Shown here piece after piece: positions 27,901 through 40,956 of a stretch of DNA of 64,000 bases; position 1 is the first letter of the stretch; each line of letters begins with the position of its first letter. The position numbers and the translations under genes were made by a program. This DNA comes from Iphione sp. A-MEVVRFRX5 (Eukaryota). The notes beneath the pieces are model-generated. The model had not been told where the DNA came from. It ran no database searches and worked only from the letters and a program-made list of their open reading frames with translations. The DNA is taken from NCBI GenBank assembly GCA_976226885.1, contig OZ320319.1, forward strand, positions 77,810,001-77,874,000. Direction: 5' to 3'.

Positions 27901-30665
27901 GTCTTCCGGGGACGTTTACCCCGAGGATCCTTAGCAGCAAAGGTTATCAACAATCTCGCCTGGCGTCCTGAGTTGGAGGGGGGAATGGGACGGTATATGC
28001 CAGACAAGTCTTGAGTTATATTCTGACCCTCCCCCAGTCTTCCAGACATCATTTTTGCGTAGTCCCAATTAGAGCTTTAAGTGATGTAATTACCATGCTT
28101 GGCGGGGCCAAATTAAGGGTGACCGAGAGACTAAATTGGATGATACCTATCGTCATCTTTCATTTACTCGGGACAGAAACCAGTCAAACTGGATGGCAAA
28201 GCATCGAGGAAATGTATCCTCAAAACGGATAAGTAAGTGCATGTGCGCATAAAACTGCAAGTACAAATCATGAAACGACAACCCTAATTACACGTCAAGA
28301 GCAATCCACAGGCCCCACTTTCTGTGTTTCTGAGGGACACTAGCAACAAAAGAAACTACACTAATTTAACCTGCAATATAGATATGCCTAGGAATGTGTT
28401 TATTATAGAACATTAATGACTGTAAAGGAAGATAATGTCTCCAGCATCGTTTATGTCATGTACTTTTTTGGTCGATAAACGTGACGAGACCGAGTATTTC
28501 AATTGAACAAAAAGCCTACTGACACCACCAGCGGCACACCTACTGACACTACAAGGTACAATACTGCAACATGAAAGTTTTATTGTAAAACATTTTGTCA
28601 TTTGCAATAAAACAGCCTTTTTCCTAACGTGCTGCCACCACAACCCCCGACCCACCCACCCCGGCTACGATAATATGTCGACCGAGGTTAGAGGTGTATG
28701 CACAGAAAAAAAGGACGAAACGGGATCTTGCAGAAGGGGAGGCTGGAGGAATGCCTGCATGCAAAAGACACCACGGTTCGCAGTACACCCCAAATACACA
28801 TGAAGCAAATCATAATTGACAGTCCCTAACCAGTCTTTCAGTTCTGGTAGCTGACAATAATAGCTTGGCACCCCTACTTTTAGGGACAGACCTGCTGCTG
28901 TGAGGGGTTTGGAGCAGTCCTCTCGGAAGTAAGTCAAGCTCTCCTTATTCACAATGGCTTCCAACTGCACCATTTTGACCGCTTTCCGCAAGAGAACCGT
29001 GGCAGAGGGGGAAAAAGGGGGGAGGGAAGGGGAGGGAAGGGGTTGATGTCCATCGAGGCACGATATAATGGTAGATATGATATTTAAGTGATTCGTCCAT
29101 AATGGCTAGGCGCAAGCCTTGCACTACCGTTAAACGGACGTTTATCTCAAGTGCGTTATTTTGGGGTTCAAGATCGCCTCCCCTGAGGCTACAATTTGAT
29201 TAACTGCAGACTTCAATCCGTAATAACGGGAAATAAGCTGTTGTATCCCTGTTTTCAAAGAGAACCACATTCCTCATTGAGGTCTTTATATGACGAAGAA
29301 GCCGAAAGGTCCCCATTGTCATAAAGACTCAGACTGTGTAATTTGACCCGAGTGAGACAATTTTTGCCGCGCAGTTATTCATTCTCCCACGTGATGACAG
29401 GCCATCTGCGTTGTGTATGTACATACTTTCACCCTCACCTGACAAGGCAGGTCCCTGCGCAAACTTCTAGAGTTCGTCTTAAACCTCTGTTACCCGCTCA
29501 TGACCAACCCTAATTCCGATGGTCCCCAGCCACTGCCACCATTCAGTCAGGTCACCATACCTTGACCTGAAACCCGACCAGGTCGCCCCCTGGTGGCAAC
29601 GAAGCAGCTTTCAGGGGTGTCAGGACACTCGCGGACATTTTAGGTCAAATTACAGAGCACACCAAAACGATATGCTCTTGTCGATGGTGGAAATACCATA
29701 AAACACCCCAACATCATTCATCCACGGATATCTGAGACAGTTGTACATATATTGGTAGGTTTATTATTACCTACAGGGTGTTTAACCGCTGGTAGCAAGC
29801 ACGTACATGAATGAACAAGGGGACTTGAAGCAACCGTCCATTTTTGCCCCCTTCTGTATGCTGTGTGATCCTGCACAGCTGCCAATGTTCATACCCCCTC
29901 TGGCGAAAAAACACAACAAATAAAAGACCGACAACAAATCATCCGAGCAAAGCATTGTCGATGAGCGTTAAGATTGTCTCTCTGGAATGTGCCTTTCAGG
30001 GATAGACCCGCAGGTGTTAAAAGGGCGCGTCCGTAGCGGGCGTCCTAATACATTATATGATTTATCACATTTACTCCCCGAGATCTTTCGGGACGATCTT
30101 TGGTGGTATGTGCGACATGGGTTAATATTCGTGCCTTGGGAAGTGCATTCTACTTTCATACTTCTACGCATTTTGGTGTCGGGGGCGGGGGGTTCTTCCA
30201 CCGAACAAAACGCGGGCTTTCGGCAATTGCCTTGCGTTTTGACAGGCTTCACGCTCGCATCGCACACATGCACAAGTGGTCACCAACAATGAGAGGGCAA
30301 CTGAGGCACACCAGATCACCCCAGTCCGAGCGCTGACTTGACTTCAAAGCGAAGCTAATGGTTAAAGAGAGTGGGGACAGCGGTGCATGTCGTGCAGGCA
30401 GACATGACCGACGTTGTAAGAGGCATGGATGAACTGGTAATGTATTAAGGAGTGGTAGTAGCTAAGTTTTGCATAGACTCAAGGCTCAGTTACTTGGTCG
30501 GGGGTAAGGCCCGATTTCCATATGCATGGGTTTTTTCTGTACTCCGTGCAAGGGCAGAAAATCGGCATATATTTTCTGGACAAGTACGGACACCCAGTTT
30601 CCATGTACAAGGGTGATAGTGGAGGGAGGGAGAGAGAGAGATTGAGAGAGAGAGAGGGAGAGAGT

Positions 30666-30800
30666 ATGGTTTTTCGTGGAGGTTGAGGCATATCAGTAGA
30701 AATTGTGCGGTTTTTAATGGAGGTTGAGGCCTAGGCCTATCGGTCGAAATTGTGTGGTTTTCCATGGAGACTGAGACATTGGTAGAAATTGTGCAATTTG
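30666..30800. repeat. Three degenerate 40-47 bp tandem units followed by two octamer-like ATGCAAAT motifs; (GA)n just upstream
   Basis: Unit ggttttt..tggaggttgaggc....gtagaaattgtg is seen three times; atgcaaatgatatgcaaatt lies at about 30802-30821. Confidence 0.65.
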
Positions 30801-33800
30801 TATGCAAATGATATGCAAATTACAAAACATTTCACATGATCTGTCATGTGATAGGCAGTGTCTATCCAGCTGTAAAACCCCATCTATCTAGCCTTCTGGT
30901 CTGTGGGCATATGTGGTGCGGAAAAAACGAACACTGTCCGTTTTCTGTCTCCGGACACAGGGCACAGGTCCCAGAGGACGTACACTTGGTAACAACTCTG
31001 TTGAAAATCATTGTTTTGTTTTTCCTGAAGCACAGAGCCCGTGGTGTGGAAAACATTTCTTTACACAAGGAAACTGGGCCTAAATACTTTTGCTTATGTG
31101 GACGGGAAAAAATGGCTGAACCTAACAGAAGATGCATTTAGTTATGCTTAGTTAACATCACCCTGGTACCTATACAAAGCTGACTGCTTGTTAGAAACTT
31201 ATTAAAGCAGTTGTGTCTTCGTCCTTCTAAAACTAACTAGTAGTTAATCCTGACAAAATATACCGGTTGTTATATTGTTATGACTTAAATCGACAGGTAC
31301 GTTGTATGATTTAAAAAAAACTGCCAAGTCGTTGTGTCATTACGGAATTATCGTCTGCTGCATCATGACAAAAGTAACTGCTCGTTATATTCCACTTCGT
31401 GCACGGTATTTCCTAGAAACACTGACCGGAGCATGAAGACATTCTACAAGTTTGTTCAGCGCAACGAGCAAACGACATTTTAACTTACTAGAAACATGCA
31501 CTGATGATGACAACCGAAGAAAGGGGTCTGTGTGATGAGGCACTGTCTAGACACGGAAGATTCTTAAACGACTGAATTGTTTTTTACCTCGTTCATTAAC
31601 CGACCTTTCATGTTGAGGTTCCAATTTGATACAAGGCAACACAGGCATGTTTCAGATTCCTGCCATTGATTTGAGACGATGGACGGTAATCTTTCATGAA
31701 GATTTATTAAAATTAAACTACTGCTCATACATTGCTGTAGTACCAAAAACTAATGGCATGAAATAAGATACAGCATGAAATGATGTCATACATGGCATGA
31801 GTACAAGGTATTTTAGCGACGTAAATGGCAATCAAAAGAAATTTAACATACTCAGTATATTATACAAATGTAATGGGATAATGCCTATTTCAGATTTGAG
31901 GCCCATCAATGAAAGGTCCCATCAGAAATAGTCCAACTGCGATTCACCAATATTAAGGTTATGGAGGTGCCGATGGGAGGAGTGTCCATGACGAATTCAG
32001 GAAAAGATCCATGCTGCCGTGTCAAGTTTCCCCATTTCTGTTACCTCACCTTATTCGATTTTAGAATATCCGTGCTTGGCCGGGTGAAAATGGGGTCGTG
32101 TCTCCGGTTAAGATGTAAATCATGTGACCTTATCTGCCTAAGAGGTTCTATAGGCTTCACAAATCAATGCATGTATGTGGGGCAGGTTTAAGAAGATGAT
32201 GTCTACCATGGGAGGCCCACCTTAAGGAGAAACAGAAAGGTCGAGTGACACCAATCAAAAGCATTGCAAAAAAAAGAGTTGACATCATTATCATGCAGAT
32301 CAAATTTTGGGATTTTGCAATACAGAGGGGTGTATATATACCCTCGAGGGTTAGTTAGTGTGCGATCAAGTGAGACTGATGTAAGGTATAGGAATGTGGA
32401 ATACCCTTACACACAAACGCCCGCCTACCAGCACATGGATGGCGCGCTCGGCAGTAGGGGTTTATTTCGGATTTTTACCCCCGCGGGGTCGCCAGGGCAG
32501 AGGGGTTAGCCGGCGAGGCTGCTTTGTGCACGGGTGTACTTACATCGGAAGGTGAGTACATCAGAAGGCTATCAGAGGACGAGGCGCACGTACCGCCGCC
32601 GACCCCCCCCCCCTCACCTCCCCCCTCCCCCATTACCAACCCCCACCCCCACCCACCCACTCCGACTGCATGAAATACCAAACACGGACCCAGCCCACAC
32701 ATATCATTACGCCTGCACACTCAGGTATCCCCAGCTTAAAGGGGCAAGCCGCGGAACACCTTGATCCACGCGCATGTACATTGAAATCGCTCCGTTTTTC
32801 ACAAACACAGCTGACTGGTGGGCTACGGCAGGTGGCTCCCCCCTCAAAATGTTTACTCTTGTCACACGTCCTCTCGATCTCTATCCCTTCCTGCCCATTG
32901 CGCAGATGTTTTACACGTGCACTTCAGGGAAGGACTCTAATGTGGGTTGCAGTTGCAATTATGATGCTTGAAATGCTGTCCAGCAGTGGTAGTGTTTCTA
33001 TTCAGACCAACATTTGTCTCATTTGGCCAAGGTATTTTATTCTGAAGGTTAAGTTTATATACCCAGAGCTATTTGATCTTTATTGTTGTACACATATGTC
33101 TAGTTGACTATCGACGTTTGCCTAAAATTTGCAGGCCCAAGAGAGGATACTAAGGGGCCCTTTCCATGTAGACATGTTGTACGCATGTGGCGAATACAAC
33201 TCCACTATTTTCTATTAGTGTATTTCCATGTACGTGGGTTGTATGGCCCCATATGCAGGTAAGGACAGACCAGTTCACCATATAGTCGATCCGCCCCTGG
33301 GTGTGGGTCGTGACAACCTACATACATGGAAATGCCGGCTTAGGCCCAATGTCCATGTGCCCATGTAGGTGTGTACTGCCATGAAGCAGTGTGAAGTCTC
33401 TCCACGTCGTAATGCCCACATGCATACATAAAAATAACATGTTAAAATCATGTGGAATGTTTATTTATTTGTCTGAATTCTCATTATGGAATTTGCGTGT
33501 TGTATGTCATATGAAGTGAAGAATTTTCCATCCCCATGTGAATACAGGGTTGTCCTTTTAAGTCATGGGAGCTAGTGGTAAGCTGTATCAACACATCTCT
33601 TGGGATTTAACGTTTACGGCAATGTTTCACCACGTAAGTGTTCCAGTTGCCTCAAGTCCGTAGGACTTCTGCCTTCTACTCAACAATGCTTGAAACTTGC
33701 TTTGTATGTAAAAAGGAACGGAACATTGAAGGACAACTCACAAACACAAACACTTTCTTTCTCAAGGATTGAAAGAAGTTTCTGTGTGTCAGTTTCCTTT

Positions 33801-34247
33801 GACATACCTCGATCCCCCGATGAATAGTGGACCAGCCACAAATCATGTCGATACAATGCAATTTCCAGGAGGCAAAAGAACAGAACGGAGCGGAGCGCAT
33901 GGGGGTTACTCACCCAGCCGTTTCTCGATCACACAATGAAACTTAACCTGCGCGTAGTACGGTGTATAGAACTGTAGATTTGGGAAATACGAAAAATACA
34001 TGCAGCACGATGTGTAATGGGAATTTACCCCGTATCCCACACATCACATGTTAAAATGTCAACCACCTTTCCCGCCTATGTCTACATGGAGGTAGTTGAT
34101 GGCACATACATGTACGTGCACGAACTATTTTTGTAATTTGTACGACGAAGAGAGATGGACCTCGACTTGCTGAAAACAAACAAGGGATACGGTTAAGTAG
34201 CTTGTAATGAGCCGCCAGATACAAAACATTGCCAGCACTACGAATTA

Positions 34248-34427
34248 CAGTTGAACCCCTCAACTAAGGACACCCTCTATAAAGGATATCCCCCCATTAT
34301 GTACAGGTTGGAAACAGAACCAACTCTTTAAAATCATGTTTACATACTCCTGCTATATAAAGGACACCCTGCTTTATGGACAGTTTTTGGTCAGTCCTTT
34401 TGCTGTCCTAGTAGAGAGGTTCCACTG
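34248..34427. mobile_element. 180-bp MITE with CAGT ends and TA target duplication
   Basis: Left TIR cagttgaacccctcaactaaggaca; right TIR (reverse complement) cagtggaacctctctactaggaca; TA on both sides. Confidence 0.8.
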
Positions 34428-34849
34428 TACTCTCAAGTTTTGCCCGTGCAACTTCGATCCTCGACATTCCCATATGAGAACTCTCATAACTACTGCCCTG
34501 GTCAAGACTTTGGCTTTGAAGGCATCGGCTCTTACATAGAAACTGTCATCATGTGGATTTCTAGGGCTATATAGCTGTTTCATAGAATGAACAGAGTTCA
34601 CTTAGAATATGACTTTGTGAGATAGCTTTACTACTATATATCACAAGTACAAATAGCAATACGGTAGAATGCCTCGAATCGGGGCACCCTCTCAAACTGC
34701 CCCTGAGATATGTTCCTATTGGAGACTTCTTTTAATACGGAGAAAGTAGAGTCTGTTCTTCACTTAGGTTTCCTTATGGAAGAGCGCGGACCTACGTCAC
34801 AGCTCTGTGCACTCAAGCGGAACCGTTGAAAGCAACTACTGTGGGCTGT

Positions 34850-35410
34850 CCACCATCTATAGATATGTGTGTAGTTGTGTGTATATGAATGTGTGTAGGG
34901 ATGTGTATTGGTGTATACACCTTTGTGTGGTGTATAGATATGTGTGTACTTGTGTGTATGGATATATGTATAGATGTGTGTAGGTGTACACATCCTTGCA
35001 TTGTCTGTAGGTATGTATGTAGTAGTGTCTATAAATGTGTGTATGATTGTGTGTAGGTGTATGTATCTGTGATATGTGTATAGATATGTGCATTGACATA
35101 GGTGTTTGTGTCTTTGCTATGTGTGTAGCTGTATGAATGTGTGTATGCATGTGTTTAGGTGTGTGTGGTGGGTGTGTATTTTTTATAAATGTGTTTATGG
35201 ACATGTGTGGGTGTATGCTCCATTGTATTGTCTCCCCTCTCTCTCTCTCCCTCTGTCTCTCCCTCTCTCTCCTCTCCCCCCTCTCTCTCTCCCTCTCTCC
35301 CTCTGTCTCTCCCTCTCTCCTCTCCCCCCTCTTTCCTCTCCCCTCTCTCTCCTCTCCTCTTTCCTCCTCTCTCCTTCTGTCTCCCTCCTTCTCTCTCCTC
35401 TCACTGTCCT
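34850..35410. repeat. Compound low-complexity tract: (GT/AT)-rich microsatellite followed by (CT)-rich tract
   Basis: Direct reading: gtgtgt/atgtgt repeats at 34850-35210 and ctctctccc repeats at 35230-35410. Confidence 0.9.
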
Positions 35411-35652
35411 ACACTAGTGATTTGACACCTTTGTTTTCAACGGTTCCGCCTGAGTGAACACCGAGTACCCGGCTGTCCGCGCTCTTCCATTAGAGGCATA
35501 TATCTATTGGAGGTGTGTCCCAAAGGTGGCTTTCTACTAATATGAAAAATCAGCAGAAGGATTTTCCTCAGCTGACAATTCCTACATATCCAATGATACA
35601 TAAAGGAACCAAAAGTGTTGGTTATGGAGGGATCACTATAAATTGATATGTA

Positions 35653-35830
35653 CAGTGGAATCTCTATTTACAACCATATCGATTTGCGACCATTCTCTAT
35701 TTAAGACCACCTAAAGTGGATACCAAAATGTTGTTTTCTATTCATTTGATACCCTATTTGCGAATAAAATTTACTATTATGACCACTTTTTATGGGAACG
35801 AAGGGGTGGTCGTAAATAGAAACTCCACTG
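35653..35830. mobile_element. 178-bp MITE with CAGT ends and TA target duplication
   Basis: Left TIR cagtggaatctctatttacaacca; right TIR (reverse complement) cagtggagtttctatttacgacca; TA on both sides. Confidence 0.85.
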
Positions 35831-36459
35831 TACATGATATATGGGTGTAAAGCACTCGTGTAAATTTGATGAATAGTTTTTACAGTGGCTTTCCTCAGAG
35901 TAAATCGATGGAAGTGACCCGAATCAAGCAGAGTCCGTACCTCTGGCCTTATGTCATTAAAAGTTTACAAAAAAATATCCAAAACATCATTAAATATGCA
36001 ACAAGGATCGCGATCAATACCAATTCTCAGGCTATCACACTAGGGTACTGAGGTTACGACTACCCATTAAGCTAATCCATACGGCACCTTTAATTTTGTA
36101 TGAAGGCGAAGAGCTCGCCAAGATCATGACTTTGAAATGACAAAAAAAACAGTACAAAGTGACTTTCGAGGTTTTATTTGGGTATTGAGGTATACAGACA
36201 AAGCACCCGTCTAGAGAGATCTTTAAAGATGAGTATAATTCATGCGTTTACGATAAGTGTTGACTGTAGATGTGTGCATGGCAGCGAGAGCTAAATAAAA
36301 GGTCTCCTAATGATGGCGACTAAACTACCGCCTGGGTATGTCAAAGTATGTTGACTTGTCACTGCAGTCTGTTTATGCTGGCTGTGTTGAGTTAACCAGT
36401 ACAAATATGAGGTTGGCAGTCTTGCACAGAATGACACAGGGATGAACTGAACTTGGCAG

Positions 36460-36771
36460 GCTTGGATAGAATGTTACAGATAGGAGTTGAGGTGGACAGT
36501 CTTGAATATACTGTTACAGGTTGGAGTTAAGGTTGACAGTCTTGGATAGAATGTTACAGGTTGGAGTTGAGGTGGACAGTCTTGGATATACTGTTACAGG
36601 TTGGACTTGAAGTTGACAGTCTTGAATAGACTGTTACAGGTAGGAGTTGAGGTGGACAGTCTTGGATAGAATGTTACAGATAGGAGTTCAGGTGGACAGT
36701 CTTGGATAGACTGTTACAGGTTGGAGTTAAGGTCGACAGTCTTGGATAGAATGTTACAGGTAGGAGTTGAA
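36460..36771. repeat. 40-bp minisatellite, about 7.5 copies, in the predicted CRPPA 3' UTR
   Basis: Unit gttacaggttggagttgaggtggacagtcttggatagaat repeats with exact 40-bp period from 36473. Confidence 0.95.
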
Positions 36772-36783
36772 CAATTTGAGGCT

Positions 36784-36903
36784 TTATTGCGTTCCCCTGG
36801 CATACAACGTTTGGCCACTTAACGTTGGATTCCTGTTGAAGGCGAGGTCGGCAACGATTTCAGGAAAAGGTCGAAGAGCGTTCCAGCATTCACTCGTTTC
36901 ACT
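36784..36903 (-). CDS. CRPPA: CRPPA/ISPD exon 9 (terminal): SETSECWNALRPFPEIVADLAFNRNPTLSGQTLYARGTQ*
   Basis: Acceptor catccag; phase 0; resembles the vertebrate ISPD C-terminus [20 protein letters not shown]. Confidence 0.8.
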   Translation of the reverse strand, partial: SETSECWNALRPFPEIVADLAFNRNPTLSGQTLYARGTQ

Positions 36904-37483
36904 CTGGATGTAAATTGAAATCATGAACGAATGGGAGTCACAAAACATCTTGAATAATGGCTGTACGTTTCTGACTGTTTATCGCTCGGAAAACTAATTG
37001 TGAAATGGAGTCAGTTGAAACTACTTGGCAACAGTAGTAGCTTAAATAGACCACATATACAATCAAGGCTTAACGCTTTGCTGCGCTGTTTATCTTTCCA
37101 AGCTTGGTGCATGTACCCTGTGTACCTGTCCATGCATATTAACCTTAAAGAAGTAAGCTTGAATGCACCTCAACATCTCAACTGACGCCCCACCTACGAT
37201 ACTCAGCGGGCATTGTAAGAGAATCAATGACATCGTTACCAAGGAATACGATCATTCTTGCAGTCAGCGCCAAAATTAGAATATCACCCACATACACATA
37301 TGTGCACATGCACATTCATCTTCATCAATTCTAAGACCACACAGTGTAAAAGTCGTGATGATGACATTTCGATGTGTCATCATCCTGACTTTCTGTGCTG
37401 TGTGGTTTTGAAATTGATGAAGATGAATGTACAATGTGTACATAAATAAAATCGCACCCCCCCTCTCCTCCCACCATGCTTAC

Positions 37484-37774
37484 CTCGACTAGAACGAGAT
37501 TCAAGCAGACGTCTTTTGGCCTGAACCGGGCCGCCATGGAGAGAACCGCCCGCCTGAGCGAGTCGACATGGGAGGCGGCCGAACCGTCGCTAAGAAACGC
37601 GACGAAAATGACGCCATACGACATGGTCCGGTGGCGCGCCCTGAGGAGACGCTCGAGAACTACCTCCGTCATTTCACACTGTTCACCCACAGGGCCGAGA
37701 CAGTGAACGCAGGCTACATAGGTGCACGGTGCTGCGTCGAGAGGGTCCTTTGCGGCTTCAGATCCATAAGACAC
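37484..37774 (-). CDS. CRPPA: CRPPA/ISPD exon 8 (C-terminal domain, 97 codons)
   Basis: cag|VSYGSEAAKD...CTYVACVH...KDVCLNLVLVE|gtaagc; GC-rich coding bias; phases 0/0 fit the neighbouring exons; distant match to the ISPD C-terminal domain. Confidence 0.8.
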
Positions 37775-38414
37775 CTGTGGTGCAGACGAAATTCATATTG
37801 TTTATAATGTATGATGTAAACTGGTATGAAACAAGCAAATCCTGTTATGTATGTGTAATCCCTTACTTCAACTATCCCTCTTCAACTATTTTACTCACCA
37901 TATCTGAATTTAACTTATTCCATTTCACTGGAAGGCCTCTACTGTACTTCACAAATGTACTTGAGAAGTGAATAAAATCTTCAATTCAACTCAATTTGTT
38001 TATGTTACCCAAAACAAATTTAAGTGAATCCAAAGAAGGCTCCTAGTCTTAGTTTTGCTCTTTTGCAATTACAAGTACCTGTACTCTATATTTATGCAGC
38101 ATGAAGGTGGTACTTCAATTTTTATTCTTCTCGCATGTGTGTTGGAGGTGAATAACACCACAAACCACACCTATTTGCTGAGTGCTGTTCGCTTTCCACG
38201 ATTACATGCATTTACTGAGGTGCAACAGTGATGAATAATTACAGTCATAAAAACATCACTGGTGCCATGTTATGGGGTCTAGGAGCTCATCTCCCCCGGG
38301 GTACAGAACATCACAAAAATTACTGTGTACTAAATATGCGGGGCCGTAAGCCAGATGAAATAATGACATTACTTTCTTAGGTATGATTGTTTTACAGATT
38401 CAGTGGATTCTTAC

Positions 38415-38506
38415 CGTTAATGACACTGACGTCAGTGCATTTTCCAATGCAGCATTAGTTTCTTCGTCCTGAAATCGTGACGTTATCATCACACTGCTGT
38501 GCGTTT
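38415..38506 (-). CDS. CRPPA: CRPPA/ISPD exon 7: (E)THSSVMITSRFQDEETNAALENALTSVSLT
   Basis: ttatag acceptor and gtaaga donor; the only candidate I found giving the required phase 1 to phase 0 bridge with an open frame. Confidence 0.75.
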
Positions 38507-39431
38507 CTATAACACGAAAATTTGGCGTGAGATTAATCTTTACACTAATAGATACATGGCTGAACATATTGGAGAACGTGTGTTTATTATCAAGACAAAA
38601 TCACTATGCAGTTGTGGTTGTATATTGGATATACATTCTACATGTTTAGGCTCTGCTACACTGCACAAGACTGGGGGCTGAGTACAATGTGCATGTACAA
38701 GTACTTCCGGTTGGTCGACTTGCTGCTAGAATGATTTTGTTTTTATGCCATGCTCTTTTGTAGTCTAAATGTGTTAGAGCGTGATAAGGCTTAAAAAAGT
38801 TCTGTTTCCGGTAACAAGCTGAAAACATATAGGGCTGGTCGGTAGGTGGTACTTTTTTATTTTCCTTTTTTTTTCAATATTAATTATCACTGGAATGGAA
38901 ACATGCATATGACAATATCACTTCTACAACTTACATTTTAATGAAACATAAAATGAAAGCTAAAGCCACAAGGAAGACAATGGTGTATAATATGAGTCTC
39001 TACCTCTATTCAATCCGGAGGCAAAACAAGTAAAAAAATGTCCTACTGGTACTCAAAATAAGGGTCGGTCAGGATACCAGAAACACAGATTTATTTTTTT
39101 ATTGGGCCTAGCGAGAATTTTGATAAGAAAGTTAAGCAATATACTTTAGTTGTACACACAGAAATATTGTATGACCATGAGAGAATGGTGTATCTCAGTG
39201 TGTACAACATGAATATGGAATAACATAAGATACCCGTATATAATTAAATTCATTTCAACAGATAATGTTGAAGGGTTACTGCTAGTGAAAAATTGTTTGA
39301 CTTCACTGTTGGCGGGATGCCATACTGTCACACTGATTTTTGCTGCATATTGCCACATAGCTTACATAGAGACACAGAGGACAGTAAGACTACCAAAAGG
39401 TTGCTTAGATATGCTTGACTGCACAGCTCTA

Positions 39432-39610
39432 CAGTCAAAACCCTATTTGCAACCATCCCTTGGTTTCCAGCTGAAGTGGTCGCATTGGCGAATTTGGTCG
39501 CAAGTTGGGTATGGTTAACATAAAGGTTCAAGATTTGTGATCCCACCTCAGATGGTCGTATTAGCCAGAAAGGTTGCAAATCGATGTGTTCACAAATAGG
39601 ATTTCCATTG
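39432..39610. mobile_element. 179-bp TA-flanked MITE in CRPPA intron 6
   Basis: TA|cagtcaaaaccctatttgcaacc ... cacaaataggatttccattg|TA. Confidence 0.65.
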
Positions 39611-39691
39611 TATAAAGCTCACCAAGGTCTCACCCATCTGGAAACAATATGGACGTCTATGCGTATGTACTGAATGACAATGAAATCATAC

Positions 39692-39737
39692 CTTTAATCA
39701 TTCCCTCGGCAGCATAGATATCCCGCTTGTAGGTTAC
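39692..39737 (-). CDS. CRPPA: CRPPA/ISPD exon 6: VTYKRDIYAAEGMIK
   Basis: ccgcag acceptor and gtatga donor; near-identical to the vertebrate ISPD segment VTYKRDLYAAESIIK. Confidence 0.93.
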
Positions 39738-40851
39738 CTGCGGAGAAGAGAGTATTGGGGCACAGTCAGAGGTTTCAGCTACGTCCGAGTTTAATACAGA
39801 AATAACCCGCGTCGAGAGAAATGCAAGCTTAAATCTTCAAAGAAGATACACGTAGCGTGAAGTAACTCAGCAATGTATACAATAGGGAAGAAAACTGCAC
39901 GCAAATAACAAGACACTAAGACAGTCACTTACTCAAAAGCTGAGTAGTTACAAAATATAGTATAAACTCAGTTAACATCTACTTCTGTGCAGCGACTGCC
40001 ACTAAACTATGGACAGATGTGGTGCGAACCACATCAGTTCCTATATATGAGTTACAGCAATATATATTCTCCTCAGAACTCGCCCGGGTCACCATGATAA
40101 TGACTGCTTTGGGGAGTTGGTGGACCCATTCTTGTCACAAAAAAAGTATCTTATGCCTGGAAAAGCATCTTTCCATAGGAGGACAAAGTTAAGAGAAATT
40201 CATATTTAACTCCTAACACCTCGGATTAGTTAAAGGCACCATCAAAAGCCATGCACTTTACATATCCAGAGCATAACACTTTACACTAAAATCTCTCCTT
40301 TACCAACCTAGGACCCGCTCTGAAGGTCCCAGACGACCTAATGTACTGCAGTTGATGGTTAACCTCAAAAATATTATAATAAACATAAACGCCTCCATAC
40401 TGGGACTAGTGGAGGCCAGAGCAGCTTGTAACCACTGAGGTGGGGCTCTCTCTTGTAAAGGGAACGGGATAAGTTCGAAGTTGAAAGTTGTTAATTCCAT
40501 TTCTGAAAGCTCTAAATCCCTTGATGTTTGTTGATCAATAACATGCGCACATTTTTTCTCTACAAAACTGATGGTATTCATATATGCTTGGATCACTGAT
40601 GTCTGGTCTGGGGCCGTTGGATTCTATGTGATACAGGCAGTAGCGTACTTACACTTAGCGTACTTACACTTTAAGTGGTATATATACAATGTTTATATCA
40701 AAATATAATATCTATACATGTTTTATGAGGCATTGCTCTTCATGCTCGTCTTTTTTTATTACATACTGTTTACGCAGCATTCAAACGACTTGGAAAGATA
40801 ATTATATCGTTACGGACGGCGTGAAAAAACTTTTGCAATGCCGACAGTTAC

Positions 40852-40956
40852 CTTCCACAGATTGGCATCTCCTTCGATGAGTTTGACGGTGGCGCTGCCA
40901 TATTTTTGGGCAAGATGGAGACATTCTGTGCCAAAGTCTAGGTCGTGCTCGGTACA
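40852..40956 (-). CDS. CRPPA: CRPPA/ISPD exon 5: CTEHDLDFGTECLHLAQKYGSATVKLIEGDANLWK
   Basis: ttgcag acceptor and gtaact donor; matches the ISPD motif DLEFGTECLQLALKY...LWK. Confidence 0.95.

Noticed and set aside
28665-30336. About 100-aa ORFs on both strands (28665-28991, 29968-30292)
   Set aside because: No homology recognised, no coding bias and no compatible exon chain.
32538-32557. Back-to-back perfect splice donors on opposite strands (GTAAGT minus, GTGAGT plus)
   Set aside because: Explained by a short imperfect palindrome and local duplication (tacatcggaagg/tacatcagaagg); no exon chain found.
33913-33971. Minus-strand exon-like segment FYTPYYAQVKFHCVIEKRL with good AG/GT
   Set aside because: No in-phase neighbouring exons; could be non-coding or chance.
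39361-39430. Candidate CRPPA exon 7 (ELCSQAYLSNLLVV...)
   Set aside because: Ends in phase 1, incompatible with exon 8; its acceptor is created by a MITE end. The exon at 38415-38506 fits instead.
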